Part shown: positions 15,600 to 20,000 of the stretch, in pieces
How the letters are laid out: the number at the start of each line of letters is the position of its first letter
How positions within the stretch are numbered: position 1 is the stretch's first letter
Virus record (IMG/VR): IMGVR_UViG_3300026198_000007
Source: an uncultured virus (IMG/VR IMGVR_UViG_3300026198_000007)
Lineage: Duplodnaviria; Heunggongvirae; Uroviricota; Caudoviricetes
Length of the DNA: 20,000 bases
Reading direction: 5' to 3' (one strand)
Notes under the pieces: generated by a model
What the model was told of the DNA's origin: nothing
The model's database searches: none
What the model saw: the letters and a program-made list of their open reading frames with translations, nothing else
Position numbers and translations under genes: made by a program

Positions 15600-15881
15600 T
15601 CATCTCCAATCGACCTCAGGATGCTCCATAACAAGCATGCGGCGGGCATCTTCGTAGAAATCTGGCATCATTGTATCGTCGGTCTCATAATCTGCCAGAT
15701 CCCGTAGACGTTGTGCTCGTTCACATTTTACGATCTTTTTGAGGGCAGCGACCTGGGCCATCAGATCAGAGATAACTTTCTGTGAGTCTTTGCCTTTGTG
15801 CAGTTCGAATATCTCGTTTTGCAGTAGGTCTATCTGAGTTTCCAACCCTGCGATCCTGGTGGTTTGCTCTTCAGTGTTCAT
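15600..15881 (-). CDS. Coiled-coil hypothetical protein
   Basis: Heptad pattern IAGLETQIDLLQNEIFEL; SD GAGGG. Confidence 0.75.
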   Translation of the reverse strand: MNTEEQTTRIAGLETQIDLLQNEIFELHKGKDSQKVISDLMAQVAALKKIVKCERAQRLRDLADYETDDTMMPDFYEDARRMLVMEHPEVDWR

Positions 15882-15911
15882 TGTTGATCCCTCAGCAATT
15901 CCTCAAATTTC

Positions 15912-16178
15912 TCAAGTTCGATCATTTTGAATACCACCATAGGAATTCTTGAACTCTTCAATCTCTTCTGGAGTTAGGAACTCATGCCATTTGACAGGTG
16001 TTATTCTGACAAGATTGCCGTCTCTTTCAGATTTGATCCAGTTGTCACTTTCCAAGCGACAAACCGATTTGAATACCTCAACTATGGACCACCCCATCTC
16101 GTTTGCCAGTTCACGGATACTTGATCCAGGTTTTTCGTTTATCTTCTTGTAGAGCCTGTAATCTATATCTGCTGACAT
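15912..16178 (-). CDS. Winged helix-turn-helix DNA-binding protein
   Basis: INEKPGSSIRELANEMGWS...VCRLESDNWIKS; SD GGAGGAG. Confidence 0.85.
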   Translation of the reverse strand: MSADIDYRLYKKINEKPGSSIRELANEMGWSIVEVFKSVCRLESDNWIKSERDGNLVRITPVKWHEFLTPEEIEEFKNSYGGIQNDRT

Positions 16179-16180
16179 GT

Positions 16181-16474
16181 TTAATCTCCTCCATTTTTTA
16201 TCCGGTCTAACTCTGCGATTATTTGAGCACGTTCTGTCGGGTCGTCAGTGTGATCGAGTTCTGTGTAAAGCTTTGCCATTTTGACAGCAGGGTGACGACT
16301 TGGCTTTCGTAACGACGGTAATGGTGGTACGCCAAGCTTATTGATTTTTACGACCTTGATCACGTTGTCTTTTTTCAGGGCTTCCTTGATTGCGTCGTCC
16401 ACCGTTTCGGCAATGATGATGCTTTTCTCGATGGTGATGGTTTTGACTTCGTATTGGACTAGGTAGCTGTTCAT
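16181..16474 (-). CDS. Hypothetical protein (MNSYLVQY...)
   Basis: SD GGAGGA before ATG 16474. Confidence 0.7.
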   Translation of the reverse strand: MNSYLVQYEVKTITIEKSIIIAETVDDAIKEALKKDNVIKVVKINKLGVPPLPSLRKPSRHPAVKMAKLYTELDHTDDPTERAQIIAELDRIKNGGD

Positions 16475-16475
16475 C

Positions 16476-16847
16476 TCATCCTCCGTGACCATATACGCAT
16501 CCATCGCCAGAAAAATCAATTGTCATGATCTCCGGTGGATAGCGACTTGGCATAGATCTCCATTTTTTCAGGAGGCTACTGATATGGGACATTAGTTTTC
16601 GAAGGACGTCTTCGTTCAATACCATCAATTCAGTGTGTTCTCGAATGTCTATGTCGACAAAGCTGCTTCGAATACATAGTACGTTGCAAGGGATGCTTTC
16701 ATCCATGCAAATATGGTCACCTTTGAAATATTCTGGGCATGTTTTTAAGATTTCTTCCGTTGTCGGAAAACCAGAAATCCGGGAAACCATATACTTCTTT
16801 TTTCCCTGGTTATCTGATATTATTTCTATTACGATTTTTGGGGCCAT
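16476..16847 (-). CDS. Hypothetical protein
   Basis: SD GGTGA before the ATG. Confidence 0.75.
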   Translation of the reverse strand: MAPKIVIEIISDNQGKKKYMVSRISGFPTTEEILKTCPEYFKGDHICMDESIPCNVLCIRSSFVDIDIREHTELMVLNEDVLRKLMSHISSLLKKWRSMPSRYPPEIMTIDFSGDGCVYGHGG

Positions 16848-16853
16848 GTTTTT

Positions 16854-17126
16854 TCACCATTTTTTAGATGTTTTGTCTAATGCTTCAATGCGTTTGATGT
16901 GTTCCTTTATACTTGAAATGGTCTCGGTGGCTTTCCGTAAGTCTGCCTCTTCCTTGTCCAGCAACCACTGCTTTGCTTCCTCAAATGTGTCGAATATAGA
17001 TCTGTCATCGGAAATCTTTTTATGTTTTCGTCCATTGCTATCCGTAACATAGTGATCTGTTTCTGATATGATGTCAATGATTCTAATATCACGAAATGCA
17101 CGCCATGCGATGTATTTGTATTTCAT
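16854..17126 (-). CDS. Virus-type hypothetical protein (FDTFEEAK + coiled coil)
   Basis: ATGA overlap with the NrdG-like gene; SD AGGAG. Confidence 0.8.
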   Translation of the reverse strand: MKYKYIAWRAFRDIRIIDIISETDHYVTDSNGRKHKKISDDRSIFDTFEEAKQWLLDKEEADLRKATETISSIKEHIKRIEALDKTSKKW

Positions 17127-17761
17127 TTCTTCAATACTCCTTTTTCGAGTTTTAGGTTTAGATCGGATATGACCGAGTTCTGGAAATTGGTGAAATAGTC
17201 TTGACTTGTGTGGTCTCCTCTGAGCAGTCTAATGGAAAAGCCCATGTCGATTATGGGTGAAAATGGGTCGATTATGGGAGGGTCTGATTCGTGGACTACA
17301 TAGCGTATCTCAGTAACGTTGGGATCGAGTCTTTCGAGGTTCTGGACTACATTGTCGAATGCCTTGTTATCTCCCGTGTAGGAGTTATATAGCCAGCTTT
17401 CCAGGGATGTTTTGATGTCGAGGAAGACTCTGTCGAAACCTTCCGGGATGGGTCGGCAACCTGAGGTTTCAAGCCCGACTTTGAGACCCAGTGCATGACC
17501 CCAGATCAGCAATTCGAGACATACCTCGGGTTGCATGACAGGTTCGCCGCCAGAGATGACCAGGGCCGATACGTAACGTCGGGCGGCTAGGATTTCTTGG
17601 GCTATGTCGTTGAAATCTACAAGACGTTCGCCGGTGCGTATTTTTTCGTTATGACAGTGAGGACAGGACATGGGACAACCTCTGAGAAAGACTACGTAGG
17701 AAGCGTGCCCCGGCCAGTCGATAGTGGACAGTTCATGACGACCGGCATAGTTCACCTGCAA
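17123..17761 (-). CDS. nrdG: Radical SAM protein, anaerobic ribonucleotide reductase activase-like
   Basis: STIDWPG...VFLRGCPMSCPHCHN (CxxxCxxC), ISGGEP, LETSG, LDIK. Confidence 0.85.
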   Translation of the reverse strand: MQVNYAGRHELSTIDWPGHASYVVFLRGCPMSCPHCHNEKIRTGERLVDFNDIAQEILAARRYVSALVISGGEPVMQPEVCLELLIWGHALGLKVGLETSGCRPIPEGFDRVFLDIKTSLESWLYNSYTGDNKAFDNVVQNLERLDPNVTEIRYVVHESDPPIIDPFSPIIDMGFSIRLLRGDHTSQDYFTNFQNSVISDLNLKLEKGVLKK

Positions 17762-17898
17762 TCCTCTTCCCCCAGTTCTACATCCTCCGGAGATAGGCGG
17801 CCAGTCGTAATCAGATATGAGGTTACGGTTGGTGGTATTACCTCTCCTTTGAAGAACGTGATTTCTAACCGGTTCTTCACTTTAGCACTCAATGGCAT
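17752..17898 (-). CDS. 48-aa hypothetical protein, first gene of the leftward operon
   Basis: ATG 17898 lies ~22 nt downstream of a TATA box (leaderless); its tail carries the SD for the NrdG-like gene. Confidence 0.55.
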   Translation of the reverse strand: MPLSAKVKNRLEITFFKGEVIPPTVTSYLITTGRLSPEDVELGEEDCR

Positions 17899-17919
17899 AG
17901 AAGATGGTAAGTGGGACAC

Positions 17920-17958
17920 ATATTTAAGGCTTTTCATAGGATGCAAAAGAGTTATACA
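17920..17958. promoter_or_regulatory. Back-to-back divergent archaeal BRE/TATA promoters
   Basis: Minus strand GAAAAGCC TTAAATAT (17920-17935); plus strand CAAAAGAG TTATACA (17944-17958); each ~22 nt from an ATG. Confidence 0.6.
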
Positions 17959-17980
17959 GGAGGGACATAGGGAAGACTTT

Positions 17981-18670
17981 ATGCAAGACCCAGTTGTTAT
18001 TGACATCGAGACAATACCGGGCACTGCGCAGCAGATTAAAACGTATAAAGATGTGAAGTGCGCACGGTGCGATCATAATCCAGCAGATCATCCTAAGCAG
18101 AAAAAAGATTATTGTGCAGAATGTGATGAGCAGGCTGCTCTTAGATGGCATACCTCGCGGACTATTTGCATTACGGCTAAGCCGGTGGATATGGACGTGG
18201 CATGTTTTTGTGATCGCGATGAGGTAAAGGTGTTAGAGGATGCTTATGAGTATTTGAGTGAGATTAGGCCTGCAAAGTGGATTGGCTTCAATATCAAGGA
18301 TTTTGATTTGATTCATTTGAAGATGAGGGGTATGGTTAATGATATTCCTTTCATTAATATATTGCCGGTTGGAAAATATGATAGAAGATTGTATGATGTT
18401 TATGATGTACTGGTGGAGGGAAAGTGGAATAAGCAGCAATCGGCTACTTTGGAGATGTTTGCGGCAATGCTCGGGTTCAAAGAGCTGTTGTATGGAAGTG
18501 GTAGGGATGTTCCCAAATGGTTTGCTGAAGGAAAGATGAACAAGATCCGCAAGCACAATATCGGGGATGTGTTGGCTACGGAGCAGCTGTATTTGAGGAT
18601 TTGTGATGCAGAAACAAGGTATAGGAGTAGGGGTAGAAAAATAGATGATGAAGAGGTGTTTGCCCTCTAG
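17981..18670 (+). CDS. DEDD-superfamily 3'-5' exonuclease (PolB-exo/RNase H-like) with Zn-finger-like insert
   Basis: ExoI VIDIET, ExoII GFNIKDFD, ExoIII HNIGD; insert CARCDH...H...CAEC. Confidence 0.85.
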   Translation: MQDPVVIDIETIPGTAQQIKTYKDVKCARCDHNPADHPKQKKDYCAECDEQAALRWHTSRTICITAKPVDMDVACFCDRDEVKVLEDAYEYLSEIRPAKWIGFNIKDFDLIHLKMRGMVNDIPFINILPVGKYDRRLYDVYDVLVEGKWNKQQSATLEMFAAMLGFKELLYGSGRDVPKWFAEGKMNKIRKHNIGDVLATEQLYLRICDAETRYRSRGRKIDDEEVFAL

Positions 18671-19495
18671 TTACATTTTTATCGGGATGCCTCGGAAGAT
18701 GAAACCAGTTGCATCAGAACTTTCTGGTATTGCAGTTGAGCCAGATCCAACCACCGTTAAGGGTTTTGCCTCGGTCACTGGGACGTATTTGTTGGGGTTG
18801 GCCGCGTTCGGAGTGCTGCGTTCTTCTGATGGTCTTGCGAGAGTTATTGTTGGCCCGGCAATTGCTTTCTGAGCAGTTGGCAGGACACCCGATGTAGACC
18901 GCCCAGAACCAATATGCACGTTGCCTGGACTTGTTTCAGGCAGTGACATGGCGGATATTTTTTCTTTGATGGTGGATATTTGGTCACTGGATATGGATGT
19001 GCCCATAGTAGCAATGGTTTGAGTAGGCCGGGCTGATCCAAGCGTAATAGACTTTTTCTCAGAGATGTTGGTTAATGGCTTTTCTTCAGTTACGGCAACT
19101 GTCCTCTTTATGGATGTTGTAACGCCTGAAGCAGGGGATATGGATATTCCACCGAGGACGACTGTTTCTGGTTTTTGGATAGCAATGGTTGGGGTTGAGA
19201 CGGCTTTTTGAAATGTTGTAGGGGTAGAAGATATTGATGATGCAGATATGCCACCGGTCGGGGATATGTCATGTTTTCCGGATGAGACTTCGGACGTAAT
19301 GAGTTTTTTCTCGGGTGCAACAATGCCTCCTGTTGGGGATATTTTGAGGTAAGAAGTTGGAATAGATGAACGAGAGGATGCTGGGGTTTTTGAGGCGGTG
19401 GCTAGAGTTCTCGAAGTATTGGCTTCGTTCGAGACGGATTTGCCCTCGGAAGCTATTTTGGTAAGAAAAGCATGAAAAGGAGTGCGTCGGGCCAT
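18671..19495 (-). CDS. Ser/Thr-rich low-complexity protein, 274 aa
   Basis: SD GGAGTGA; repeats ISPTGGI x2 and ISPASGV. Confidence 0.75.
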   Translation of the reverse strand: MARRTPFHAFLTKIASEGKSVSNEANTSRTLATASKTPASSRSSIPTSYLKISPTGGIVAPEKKLITSEVSSGKHDISPTGGISASSISSTPTTFQKAVSTPTIAIQKPETVVLGGISISPASGVTTSIKRTVAVTEEKPLTNISEKKSITLGSARPTQTIATMGTSISSDQISTIKEKISAMSLPETSPGNVHIGSGRSTSGVLPTAQKAIAGPTITLARPSEERSTPNAANPNKYVPVTEAKPLTVVGSGSTAIPESSDATGFIFRGIPIKM

Positions 19496-19501
19496 GCCCG
19501 A

Positions 19502-19912
19502 TCACTCCGGTGGATTAAGGACTTTGATGTCGAGTTCGGATTGCTCGAAGTTCTTGGCGGTGGCGTTGCCGATTATGCCGGACATTGCGCAGGTCTGATC
19601 TTCAACAAAGTCTTCTCCTACGAGGGTGGCTATGTCGGCGGTTAGGTCCTGCTTTATGCCATCGAGGTCCTGAATTGTGTCACGGAGTATGGGTTTTACC
19701 AGACGATAGGCATATTTTTTGGCTTCGTTGGCCTGGAATCCACTGCCGACACGATTGGACATGCCTTCCCGGATCTCGGTGTCAAGATCTTCAATCTCTT
19801 CGAAAATCCTGGATACTTCACGGTCCATGCTTTCCTTAAATGCAAGTTTGATGTCAACTAATCGGCGACGTACTTTGTTAACATCTGTGTTATCCTTGAC
19901 GATTTCTACCAT
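19502..19912 (-). CDS. Helical hypothetical protein
   Basis: ORF with a BRE/TATA-like AAAAAC TTTATCA ~25 nt upstream. Confidence 0.75.
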   Translation of the reverse strand: MVEIVKDNTDVNKVRRRLVDIKLAFKESMDREVSRIFEEIEDLDTEIREGMSNRVGSGFQANEAKKYAYRLVKPILRDTIQDLDGIKQDLTADIATLVGEDFVEDQTCAMSGIIGNATAKNFEQSELDIKVLNPPE

Positions 19913-20000
19913 GGTTAGGAGATTGGATTTAGAAGGTGATAAAGTTTTTGGTTAGATGTTGAGGGTTTCTTTCTTCAGGCCCTGGATGTTACCTATCTGC

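Noticed and set aside
132..17052. Numerous plus-strand ORFs
   Set aside because: They are antisense shadows of the SD-led minus-strand genes and carry no recognisable motifs.
17597..17980. N-terminal 128 aa of the 357-aa plus-strand ORF
   Set aside because: It overlaps the NrdG-like gene antisense and spans the promoters; the exonuclease motifs start right after ATG 17981.

Overview
This window looks like part of an archaeal virus, provirus or other large mobile element. The evidence is BRE/TATA-like promoters, GGAGGTG(A) Shine-Dalgarno sites, apparently leaderless genes and about 45 short, tightly coupled ORFs, almost all on the minus strand. No capsid, terminase or integrase gene is present, so the element type and host are inferred. 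From right to left: (1) 12884-17898 (-) is an operon of small genes including an NrdG-like radical SAM activase, a wHTH protein and a CxxCxxCC protein, transcribed divergently from a DEDD 3'-5' exonuclease with a Zn-finger-like insert (17981-18670 +). (2) 11600-12880 is non-coding, with phased TGTAC repeats, two inverted-repeat pairs, AT-rich tracts and a G/C skew switch (candidate origin or genome-end region). (3) A TATA promoter at ~11580 (-) precedes a ~1 kb ORF-poor leader with many nested helices (candidate novel large ncRNA), whose main domain ends at a 42-nt mini-tRNA element. (4) A >10 kb cassette of small, often acidic early-type genes contains a second mini-tRNA element between genes, a probable T7 Ocr-like DNA-mimic gene, and a 57-bp IS200/IS605 (IscB-type) remnant whose removal restores a clean stop codon. 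All family assignments come from motif recognition by eye; no searches were run.
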